Below, piece by piece: positions 56,342-64,000 of a stretch of DNA of 64,000 bases. Source of the stretch: a bacterium (GTDB taxonomy: Bacteria; Patescibacteriota; Microgenomatia; Curtissbacterales; GWA2-41-24); contig JAKALT010000001.1 of assembly GCA_021813125.1 (NCBI GenBank), positions 64,023 to 128,022 on the forward strand. Direction: 5' to 3'. The notes under the pieces were generated by a model that did not search any database, was not told where the DNA came from, and saw nothing but the letters and a program-made list of their open reading frames with translations. Position 1 is the first letter of the stretch. The number at the start of each line of letters is the position of its first letter. A program made the position numbers and the translations under genes.

Positions 56342-56961
56342 AAAAACAAAAACTTGTTGTTATTTTGGCGATTTTAAGCTTTGTATTAGTTGTCGTAGGC
56401 GCGTCTATACTCTTATCCAAAAATCAGGGTCAGCAAAACGCAAACTCACAGGATCATCACATGGGTCAGCTTAAAGAATCGGAAGAAAAGCTTAATGCCT
56501 TAGTTGGGAAAAATGCGCCGGACTTCACTTTATACAGCTATGACAATAAAAAAGTAACCCTTTCGGAATATAAAGGTAAAAAAGTAGTTCTGTTTTTCAC
56601 AGAAGGAGTGATGTGTTATCCGGCTTGCTGGAATCAAATTGCCGCCTTCGGCAAAGACGACATATTTAAAAAGGAAGACACAGCTGTCTTAACAGTTGTT
56701 GTTGACACAAAAGGAGAATGGGACAGGGCAGTTAAAAAGATGCCTGAACTCTTATCATCGGAGGTCCTTTTTGATGCCTCAAAACAAGTATCAGAAGAAT
56801 ACGGCGTTCTTGCACTCCCTTCGTCAATGCATAAAGGTCAATTCCCTGGCCATACTTATCTCGTATTGGATAAGGAAGGGATCGTCAAATACGTATATGA
56901 TGACCCGGCAATGGCGGTAAGAAACAACGAGCTAAAGGCAGAATTGGAAAAACTAGATTAA
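56338..56961 (+). CDS. TlpA/ResA-like membrane-anchored thioredoxin-fold protein
   Basis: N-terminal TM; 'GKNAPDF' and 'KVVLFF...CYPAC' CxxxC redoxin motif. Confidence 0.7.
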   Translation: MKKQKLVVILAILSFVLVVVGASILLSKNQGQQNANSQDHHMGQLKESEEKLNALVGKNAPDFTLYSYDNKKVTLSEYKGKKVVLFFTEGVMCYPACWNQIAAFGKDDIFKKEDTAVLTVVVDTKGEWDRAVKKMPELLSSEVLFDASKQVSEEYGVLALPSSMHKGQFPGHTYLVLDKEGIVKYVYDDPAMAVRNNELKAELEKLD

Positions 56962-57404
56962 TATTCAACAGCAAACGGTTCTCCAAGGCTGCTAAACTCG
57001 CCTATTGTAAGCTGGTGTTTCCAAAACGGCGGATTGCCAAACTCACCGTCCCTCTTGCTTTGAAAATTACCACAAACTCTTCCTAAAACAGATTTTGTAA
57101 CCGTATTTGAAGTGTTAAAAATAAAACTATGGCCGATGTTATTTACAAGCCATGCAGACCCCTCGTATCTGCTTCCCGAAACATCTGTTTTTATAAAAGA
57201 GGAGTTGTTTCCCTCAGTCACATATCCTTTGGTACAAACGTTTTTGCCATCGTAAAAACTGGCAAAAGTGATAAGGTTTACAAGCTCGACATTTTCATAA
57301 CCGCGCCTTCCCCAGAAAGTTCCATATCTTTGCCAATTTAAAAGCTCATATGCAACAATTATCGAGATGGCAACTAAAACTATAAGGAGTGAAATGATTT
57401 TCAT
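56958..57404 (-). CDS. Hypothetical secreted protein
   Basis: N-terminal signal/TM; no recognisable domain. Confidence 0.4.
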   Translation of the reverse strand: MKIISLLIVLVAISIIVAYELLNWQRYGTFWGRRGYENVELVNLITFASFYDGKNVCTKGYVTEGNNSSFIKTDVSGSRYEGSAWLVNNIGHSFIFNTSNTVTKSVLGRVCGNFQSKRDGEFGNPPFWKHQLTIGEFSSLGEPFAVEY

Positions 57405-57409
57405 TTGCT

Positions 57410-58060
57410 ATGTCTGAAAGTAAGCTAAAATATATCTCAATTCTAATTATAGTACTTATTCCTCTGACAATTGTTTTGTCAAACGTGACTTATTTGGCAA
57501 CAAATTACAATTTTTATATTAAAATTTACCAAAACAAAAATATCTATAGCGATTTCTCGGATGATCAAATTCTTAAATCCGAAACGCAAAATTTATTAGG
57601 TTACTATAGAGGCGAAAATATACTCGATCAAAATTTTTATTCAGATAAGGCAGTAAGGCACTTAAAAGACGTAAGAAGTTTACTCATAATCACAAAATTT
57701 CTAAGTTTTGGCTTCTTAATACTAATTTTAGTACTCTCAACTTTACTTTACTTCAGTAAAGCAAAGAAAAAATTAATTAACGCTTGCTTAAGAGGGTCGT
57801 TAACAGCAGTGGTTTTAACGGCAGCAATCTGCGTCCTTTTATTACTAAGTTTTCAACAGTTGTTTTTAGATTTCCATCTAATCTTTTTCAGGAACAGCGA
57901 CTGGTTGTTTGAACCGACGGACAATTTAATAAGAATGTTTCCTCAAGAATTCTTTATTTCCTTTGCCTTTTATCTTGCAACCAATATAATAGCCTCAGCA
58001 CTTTTTATTTCCCTTTTAGCTTTAATCGTAAAAAAAATAAATGATAAACCCAACATTTAA
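57410..58060 (+). CDS. DUF1461/TIGR01906-like integral membrane protein (possible lipoprotein intramolecular transacylase Lit-like)
   Basis: 4-TM topology, conserved 'HLKDV' block and 'FRNSDWLF...FPQEFF' region recalled from DUF1461; 20-nt overlap with lgt. Confidence 0.4.
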   Translation: MSESKLKYISILIIVLIPLTIVLSNVTYLATNYNFYIKIYQNKNIYSDFSDDQILKSETQNLLGYYRGENILDQNFYSDKAVRHLKDVRSLLIITKFLSFGFLILILVLSTLLYFSKAKKKLINACLRGSLTAVVLTAAICVLLLLSFQQLFLDFHLIFFRNSDWLFEPTDNLIRMFPQEFFISFAFYLATNIIASALFISLLALIVKKINDKPNI

Positions 58061-58799
58061 TATTGGACCAGTAACTATTCACTACTATGGAATAACCATT
58101 GCATTTGCCACATTTCTCGGATGGGCGCTTGCAAAAAGGAGAGCTCCAAAATACAAAATTCCACAGGAGATATTTGACGAACTGCAAATTTTACTGGTCA
58201 TCGCACTCGCCCTGGTTGGTGCTCGGATTTATCATGTTTTAGATTACTGGAAATACTACAGCCAAAATTTAATTTCGATTTTTTACATTACAAACGGTGG
58301 AATTGGGATTTGGGGAGCACTATTTGGGGGGCTTTTCGGTTTGTATATCTTCACAAAAATTAAAAAAATTCCCCTGCTGGTTGCGCTAGACTTAACAGTA
58401 CCGTCACTGATCTTGGCGCAGGCAATTGGAAGGATTGGGAATTACATAAACCAGGAAGGTTTCGGCCCCCCAACCCGGATGCCATGGGGCGTATATATTG
58501 ACCCGTCAAAACGCCCCACGCAGTATCTTGCCAATTCTTACTTTCACCCGACATTTTTTTACGAAGCTGCAATAGATCTTGCTATCTTTATAGCCCTTAT
58601 CTACTTTGCCAAAAGGACTCAAACATCGGGGAAAGTATTTGCTCTTTACCTCATTTTATATTCGGCAAGCCGTTTCTTTGTCGAATTTTTAAGAATCGAT
58701 ACTTGGACTATTGGAACGATAAAAATTGCTCAAGTCATAGCAATTCTAACTTTCTTTTTTGGACTAAATTTACTAATAAATCGCAAAAAGGCTTCTTGA
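58041..58799 (+). CDS. lgt: Prolipoprotein diacylglyceryl transferase
   Basis: 'GRIGNYINQEGFGPPTRMPWGV' Lgt signature; multi-TM. Confidence 0.85.
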   Translation: MINPTFNIGPVTIHYYGITIAFATFLGWALAKRRAPKYKIPQEIFDELQILLVIALALVGARIYHVLDYWKYYSQNLISIFYITNGGIGIWGALFGGLFGLYIFTKIKKIPLLVALDLTVPSLILAQAIGRIGNYINQEGFGPPTRMPWGVYIDPSKRPTQYLANSYFHPTFFYEAAIDLAIFIALIYFAKRTQTSGKVFALYLILYSASRFFVEFLRIDTWTIGTIKIAQVIAILTFFFGLNLLINRKKAS

Positions 58800-58805
58800 C
58801 ATAAA

Positions 58806-58833
58806 TTAGCACTCATGGTATTCTGTCTGCTAA
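58806..58833. promoter_or_regulatory. CIRCE-like element (TTAGCACTC-N10-GTCTGCTAA) upstream of lon
   Basis: Left half matches the HrcA/CIRCE consensus 9/9, right half 7/9; spacer is 10 rather than 9; TATAAT at 58845-58850. Confidence 0.35.
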
Positions 58834-58871
58834 TAAGCGATGCGGTATAATGTTAGTTCGCAAGAGAAAGG

Positions 58872-61289
58872 ATGGCGATATTTTTGGACCAACAAAAACC
58901 TAGACTAAGAAACGAAATACCGATAGTACCTCTAAGAGACACCGTAGTTTTCCCTTCTTCTATGGTTCCGATTACCGTTGGAAGACCGAAGGTGAAATTA
59001 GGCTTGGACAGCGCTTGGGCAAATGACAGGCTGGCTGTTTTTGTTGCCCAGAAAAACCCCAGAATCGAAAATCCGGCCCCGAACGACATATATTCTGTGG
59101 GAACGGTTGGTTTAATCAGAAGGCTTTGGAAAGTTGATAACGAATACAACCTGGCAGTTGAGGGTTTAACACGAGTCTATCTTAAGGAGTTTAGCCAAAT
59201 CGACCCATACGTTGCCGTAAAAGTTGAAGAAATCCCCGAACTTTCCCAAAAAACCGAAGAAACAGAAGCCTTATTCAGAAACACACTGGCCAAAATTAAA
59301 AGGTATGGAGAGCTTGGCGGGGTTCTTACTCTGGAATCGTCAATTCACATCTTTTCGACGGATGATCCTAACCAGTTGGTAAACATTGTTGCGGCTTCAA
59401 TTGACCTTAAAACGGGTGACAAGCAACAGATTCTGGAAATGGTAGACACAAAAGCCAGGCTCCAAAGGCTTTCGGAACTGTTAACACGCGAAATCAGGAT
59501 TTTGGAAATTTCATCTAAAATCGACACCGAAACCCAGGAACGCGTCGGTAAAGTTACCAAGGAAGCTATTTTGCGCGAGAAAATGAAATCAATCGAAAAA
59601 GAATTGGGTGAAGATGAAGACACGAGAGAAATCGCCGAATTCAGGAAGAAAATTCGTGAAGCAGGCATGCCCGATGAAGTTAGAGAAAAAGCCGACAGGG
59701 AACTTTCCCGTCTTGCCAAGATGTCCTCATACAACCCTGAATCTTCGTACATCAGAACCTACCTTGAATGGCTGGTTGACCTTCCTTGGAAAATCAAAGA
59801 CCAGAAAAAGGCCGACGTAGATTTTGCAGCCAAAGTTTTAGACGAAGACCATTACGGTTTGCCAAAAGTTAAGGAGAGAATTCTCGAATATCTTGCAGTC
59901 CATAAATTAGTTGGAAAAATTCGCGGCCCGATTCTCTGTTTTTACGGTCCGCCCGGGGTTGGCAAAACCTCAATTGGCAAATCCATCGCCCGCTCACTAG
60001 GTCGCAAATTTATCCGAGTTTCTCTAGGTGGAATTCATGACGAAGCCGAAATTCGCGGCCACAGAAGAACTTACGTTGGTGCACTTCCGGGAAGAATTAT
60101 CCAGGGTGTTAAAAACGCCGGAACCAAAAACCCTGTTTTTATGCTCGACGAAATTGACAAAATCGGTACGGACTTCCGTGGCGATCCTTCATCAGCACTG
60201 CTTGAAGCCCTAGATCCCGAACAAAATAACCAGTTCTCAGACCACTATCTCGAAGTTCCTTACGACCTCTCCGACGTCATGTTCATAACAACTGCAAATG
60301 TCCTTGACACTATTCCCCCGGCGCTTCGTGACCGCATGGAAATTATAAATTTTGCCGGCTACACAGACGAGGAGAAATTCCAGATCGCCAAGAAGTTTTT
60401 AGTTCCAAAACAAATTGAAGCCCACGGTCTTACCAAAAACAATGTAGAAATTTCAGACGCGGCCGTACGAGATATTGTATCCAAATATACCAGAGAAGCT
60501 GGTGTCCGTGAATTGGAGCGCGAAATAGCGGCAGTACTTCGAAAAGTTGCCAAAAAAGTTGCAGCCAAGGGCAAAGAAAGGAAAATAAAAATTAGCCCCA
60601 AAATGCTGCAGTCATATTTGGGACCTCAGAAATTTACCAAAGCAATCGCTGAAACAAAAGACGAAGTTGGAATGTCCACGGGCCTTGCCGTTACAGGTGC
60701 CGGTGGTGAAATTCTCTTTATAGAAGTCACCCTAATGCCGGGCAAGGGTCAGTTAATTCTCACCGGCCAGTTGGGTGAAGTTATGAAGGAATCGGCACAA
60801 GCTGCGCTGTCTTATGTTAAATCACGTGCCAAAATGCTCGGATTGCCGGAAAACTTTGCGCAAAAAACCGACATCCATATCCATGTACCGGAAGGCGCGG
60901 TTCCCAAAGATGGTCCTTCGGCCGGTATTGCCATAACTACGGCGCTTGTTTCGGCAATCACCAAAATCCCAACCCGAAAAGAAGTTGGCATGACAGGTGA
61001 AGTCACTCTGCGCGGCCGCGTTTTGGAGATTGGTGGCCTAAAAGAAAAAGTTTTAGCTGCTCACAGAGCAGGTATCTCAACGGTAATTTTTCCAAAAGCA
61101 AATAAAAAAGACGTTGATGACATTCCAAAAAACGTGCGACGAGACATGCAATTTATTTTAGCGGAGCACATGGACGAGGTCTTAAAAGTTGCATTAACAA
61201 AAGCACTGCCAAAAGAGAAGTCTTCCGAAAAAGCTTCAAAAGAAAAGAAGACCCCCGAACAATTCCCAATTTCCCAACCGGCTGTTTAA
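58872..61289 (+). CDS. lon: ATP-dependent Lon protease
   Basis: LON N-domain, Walker A 'GPPGVGKTS', protease 'DGPSAGIAITTALVSA' catalytic Ser and 'K...T' dyad. Confidence 0.9.
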   Translation: MAIFLDQQKPRLRNEIPIVPLRDTVVFPSSMVPITVGRPKVKLGLDSAWANDRLAVFVAQKNPRIENPAPNDIYSVGTVGLIRRLWKVDNEYNLAVEGLTRVYLKEFSQIDPYVAVKVEEIPELSQKTEETEALFRNTLAKIKRYGELGGVLTLESSIHIFSTDDPNQLVNIVAASIDLKTGDKQQILEMVDTKARLQRLSELLTREIRILEISSKIDTETQERVGKVTKEAILREKMKSIEKELGEDEDTREIAEFRKKIREAGMPDEVREKADRELSRLAKMSSYNPESSYIRTYLEWLVDLPWKIKDQKKADVDFAAKVLDEDHYGLPKVKERILEYLAVHKLVGKIRGPILCFYGPPGVGKTSIGKSIARSLGRKFIRVSLGGIHDEAEIRGHRRTYVGALPGRIIQGVKNAGTKNPVFMLDEIDKIGTDFRGDPSSALLEALDPEQNNQFSDHYLEVPYDLSDVMFITTANVLDTIPPALRDRMEIINFAGYTDEEKFQIAKKFLVPKQIEAHGLTKNNVEISDAAVRDIVSKYTREAGVRELEREIAAVLRKVAKKVAAKGKERKIKISPKMLQSYLGPQKFTKAIAETKDEVGMSTGLAVTGAGGEILFIEVTLMPGKGQLILTGQLGEVMKESAQAALSYVKSRAKMLGLPENFAQKTDIHIHVPEGAVPKDGPSAGIAITTALVSAITKIPTRKEVGMTGEVTLRGRVLEIGGLKEKVLAAHRAGISTVIFPKANKKDVDDIPKNVRRDMQFILAEHMDEVLKVALTKALPKEKSSEKASKEKKTPEQFPISQPAV

Positions 61290-61344
61290 CTTCCCGGACT
61301 GTTGCAAATTGCCAGAAAAGTTTGTATGATTTCCAACTGTCACT

Positions 61345-63360
61345 GTGAACATATCAAATCTTAACCCAGAACTGGCTCTACCATTCGCGCTTGCCGCTTC
61401 GGTTGCGGCGATTTTGTACGGCGTCATAACTTCTTTTCGAATTATTTCACTGGATTCTGGCACGCCAAAGATGCGCAAAATTGCAGATGCCATTGCAGAA
61501 GGTGCGTCTGCATATCTGACACGGCAGTACTCTGTAATTGCAGCTGTTGCAGTTGTAATTTTTGCGGCTATAACATATCTAATTTCCATCCAAACAGCAA
61601 TCGGTTTTGCAATCGGTGCCATTGCCTCGGGCGCATCGGGTTTTATTGGTATGAACATCTCAGTTCGGGCAAACGTCAGAACCACGGAAGCGGCAAGATC
61701 CGGGCTAGCAAAGGCTCTCGCTGTTGCCTTCTCGGGTGGGTCCGTAACAGGCATGCTTGTTGTTGGTCTAGCACTTCTTTCTGTAGCCGGTTATTACGGC
61801 GCAACAGGGGATGTACAGGGCTTGGTAGGACTTGGTTTTGGTGGATCTTTAATCTCAATTTTTGCAAGACTCGGCGGCGGTATTTACACCAAAGGCGCGG
61901 ATGTAGGCGCGGATTTAGTTGGTAAAACCGAAGCCGGTATTCCCGAAGATGATCCGAGAAACCCGGCTGTTATTGCAGATAATGTTGGTGACAACGTCGG
62001 CGATTGTGCCGGAATGGCTGCCGATTTGTTTGAAACCTATGCTGTCACCGTTGTTGCAGCAATGCTTTTGGGATCTTTAATCTTTCCAAACTCCTTAAGC
62101 GCTATTTTGTACCCTATCGCCCTTGGAGGGGTAGCCATTGTTGCCTCAATAATTGCCACCTTCTTTGTTAAATTACCCAAAAACAAAAGTATTATGGGTG
62201 CCCTTTACGTCGGCTTGATTGTCGCTGCAGCTCTTTCTGCTCTTGGTTTTTACCCGGCAACAGTCATAATGATGAACGCAAACGGCCTTTATAACCCGAT
62301 CAACCTTTATTTTTCATCATTAGTAGGTATTTTGGTTACTATTTTTATAGTTCTTATTACCGAATATTACACTGCAACCAAATTCGGCCCGGTCAAAGGA
62401 ATAGCTAAAGCTTCAACCACGGGCCATGCCACAAATATTATTGCCGGTCTTGCAACCGGAATGAGATCAACTTTTTGGCCAATTATCGTCATTTGCGGCG
62501 GCATCTTAGTAGCATTTTCGCTGGCTGGTCTTTACGGAATTGCAGTTGCTGCGGTTTCGCTCCTTTCTTTAACCGGAATTGTTGTAGCAATAGATGCATA
62601 TGGTCCGATAACAGATAACGCTGGAGGAATTGCCGAAATGGCTAATTTGCCCAAAGAAATCCGCGATGTAACAGATCCGCTGGATGCGGTTGGGAATACC
62701 ACAAAAGCAGTCACAAAAGGCTACGCAATCGCGTCAGCTGCCCTGGCAGCACTAGTGCTTTTTTCTGCTTACTCGCAGGAGTTGGTTGCAAAAGGTGCGT
62801 CGGTTGAATTTTCACTGGCCGACCCCAAGGTATTAATAGGTCTTTTTGTCGGGGCATCTTTGCCCTTTCTGTTTGCATCTTTTGCGCTGGAAGCTGTTCA
62901 AGCTGCAGGCGGCGCGGTTGTGGAAGAGGTCAGAAGACAGTTTAAAGAAATACCTGGAATTTTGCAGGGTAAAAGTAAGCCTCAGTATGACAAGGCGGTC
63001 GATATTGTAACCAAAAAGGCCCTTAAACTTATGATTGTTCCCGCTGTTATTCCTGTTGTCGCCCCGATTGTTGTCGGAATTGCTCTCGGCCCCAAAGCCT
63101 TAGGTGGGCTTTTAATAGGAACCGTAGTTTCCGGAGTCTTCGTGGCAATTTCTATGACAACGGGAGGTGCAGCCTGGGATAATGCCAAAAAATACATCGA
63201 AACCGGCGAATTTGGCGGAAAAGGTTCCGATGCCCACAAAGCAGCAGTTACAGGGGATACAGTAGGGGATCCATACAAAGATACCGCAGGCCCGGCAATA
63301 AATCCGATGATCAAAATCATCAATATCGTTGCGTTACTGCTTATCCCGTTCTTGATTTAG
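61345..63360 (+). CDS. hppA: Membrane-bound proton/sodium-translocating pyrophosphatase
   Basis: '[18 protein letters not shown]' and '[10 protein letters not shown]' H+-PPase signatures; about 16 TM. Confidence 0.9.
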   Translation: MNISNLNPELALPFALAASVAAILYGVITSFRIISLDSGTPKMRKIADAIAEGASAYLTRQYSVIAAVAVVIFAAITYLISIQTAIGFAIGAIASGASGFIGMNISVRANVRTTEAARSGLAKALAVAFSGGSVTGMLVVGLALLSVAGYYGATGDVQGLVGLGFGGSLISIFARLGGGIYTKGADVGADLVGKTEAGIPEDDPRNPAVIADNVGDNVGDCAGMAADLFETYAVTVVAAMLLGSLIFPNSLSAILYPIALGGVAIVASIIATFFVKLPKNKSIMGALYVGLIVAAALSALGFYPATVIMMNANGLYNPINLYFSSLVGILVTIFIVLITEYYTATKFGPVKGIAKASTTGHATNIIAGLATGMRSTFWPIIVICGGILVAFSLAGLYGIAVAAVSLLSLTGIVVAIDAYGPITDNAGGIAEMANLPKEIRDVTDPLDAVGNTTKAVTKGYAIASAALAALVLFSAYSQELVAKGASVEFSLADPKVLIGLFVGASLPFLFASFALEAVQAAGGAVVEEVRRQFKEIPGILQGKSKPQYDKAVDIVTKKALKLMIVPAVIPVVAPIVVGIALGPKALGGLLIGTVVSGVFVAISMTTGGAAWDNAKKYIETGEFGGKGSDAHKAAVTGDTVGDPYKDTAGPAINPMIKIINIVALLLIPFLI

Positions 63361-63364
63361 AAAG

Positions 63365-63946
63365 CTAATATATAATTCTTCGAGGTTTGTAAGTAGTAGT
63401 TGCTTCAGGTGGTGTTGGTTCTGGGGTTGGCTCTGCAATCATGTCAGCGCCACTACTTGCTTCAATAGTTTTTGTAATCTCAAACCGGTTTTTTACTCCT
63501 AGTTTGATTTTATCAATCTCCAGCACTAAATCCTTAAACGAATCTACTGCCTGCGAAAAGTTCTCTTCAAAAGCCGGATCACTCTCCGGGCGCATCGCGT
63601 AAATCGTAAAAAGAAGCCTTTCCTGAAATCTTAGTGCATCTGCCATAGCCGAAACTGTTGGCTCAACCGCCTGGTTTTGAGCTCTGGATTTTTCAATCTG
63701 CGAAATTACGTTTTCATTACGTTTGGCATACCTGCTTAAATTAAAACTCGCTCTTTTCCCATCACCCCTCTTTAAAAGTAAGTATGATTCCTTTAACCTT
63801 TTCCCCGAAACGGCAAAATCAAATTTAGAACGCTCTACAGCTGAAGGTTGAAAAAATCTACTAACCGACTCCTTTATCAAAATAAAAAAGTATAAAGGGT
63901 TCCCAGGCAAAAACCTCACCGGCACTGTTGCCTGCAAGGCCTCCAT
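63365..63946 (-). CDS. Hypothetical protein with PT-rich C-terminus (start may lie beyond the window edge)
   Basis: 193-aa ORF; 'EPTPEPTPPEATTT' linker. Confidence 0.35.
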   Translation of the reverse strand: MEALQATVPVRFLPGNPLYFFILIKESVSRFFQPSAVERSKFDFAVSGKRLKESYLLLKRGDGKRASFNLSRYAKRNENVISQIEKSRAQNQAVEPTVSAMADALRFQERLLFTIYAMRPESDPAFEENFSQAVDSFKDLVLEIDKIKLGVKNRFEITKTIEASSGADMIAEPTPEPTPPEATTTYKPRRIIY

Positions 63947-64000
63947 AACTTCACCATTAGTAGGTTTTGGAAAGTCGAAATTTTTAGCGGCAAAAACTGG

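Overview
This 64-kb window is dense, mostly single-copy housekeeping DNA with short intergenic spacers. Gene content, small proteins and strong GGAGG ribosome-binding sites suggest a small-genome uncultivated bacterium (CPR/Patescibacteria-like); that placement is inference only.

Main contents:
- Protein export and DNA/RNA maintenance: secD-secF, a CCA-adding enzyme, recJ.
- Translation: aspS, and gltX and cysS separated by a PIG-L-type deacetylase.
- Lysine biosynthesis: a complete-looking operon dapL-lysA-lysC-dapB-dapA-asd.
- Other elements: tRNA-Gln(CUG), a partial riboflavin cluster (ribA, ribH, riboflavin kinase, ribE), a ZIP zinc transporter, a split transketolase with glycerate kinase, and 5-formyl-THF cycloligase.
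- Ribonucleotide reduction: nrdR with an NrdR box, a class II B12-dependent ribonucleotide reductase, and a PduO-type cobalamin adenosyltransferase.
- Copper homeostasis: CsoR and its operator, small membrane proteins, a CopB-type P1B ATPase, an unannotated YHS protein, CcdA and a TlpA-like redoxin.
- Envelope and energy: lgt, lon, and an H+-pyrophosphatase.

Most noteworthy observations:
1. A family of about 50-nt palindromic hairpin repeats (arms AAAGGYCAGGCCTT / AAGGCCTGRCCTT). Copies sit in intergenic 3' regions, and one is inserted in-frame inside the cca coding sequence, duplicating an 'RPGL' peptide. A degenerate copy lies inside cysS. This resembles Rickettsia palindromic element behaviour.
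2. A class I SAM methyltransferase is interrupted at a C8 homopolymer. A C9 tract would restore a full-length ORF, so this is either a phase-variable contingency tract or a sequencing error.
3. A wHTH-ComF-like PRTase fusion gene sits directly behind a consensus sigma70 promoter that overlaps a perfect 14-bp inverted repeat, and it appears to be leaderless.
4. An IS-transposase-like C-terminal remnant and two orphan genes lie downstream of tRNA-Gln.

No CRISPR array, rRNA or intact mobile element was found.
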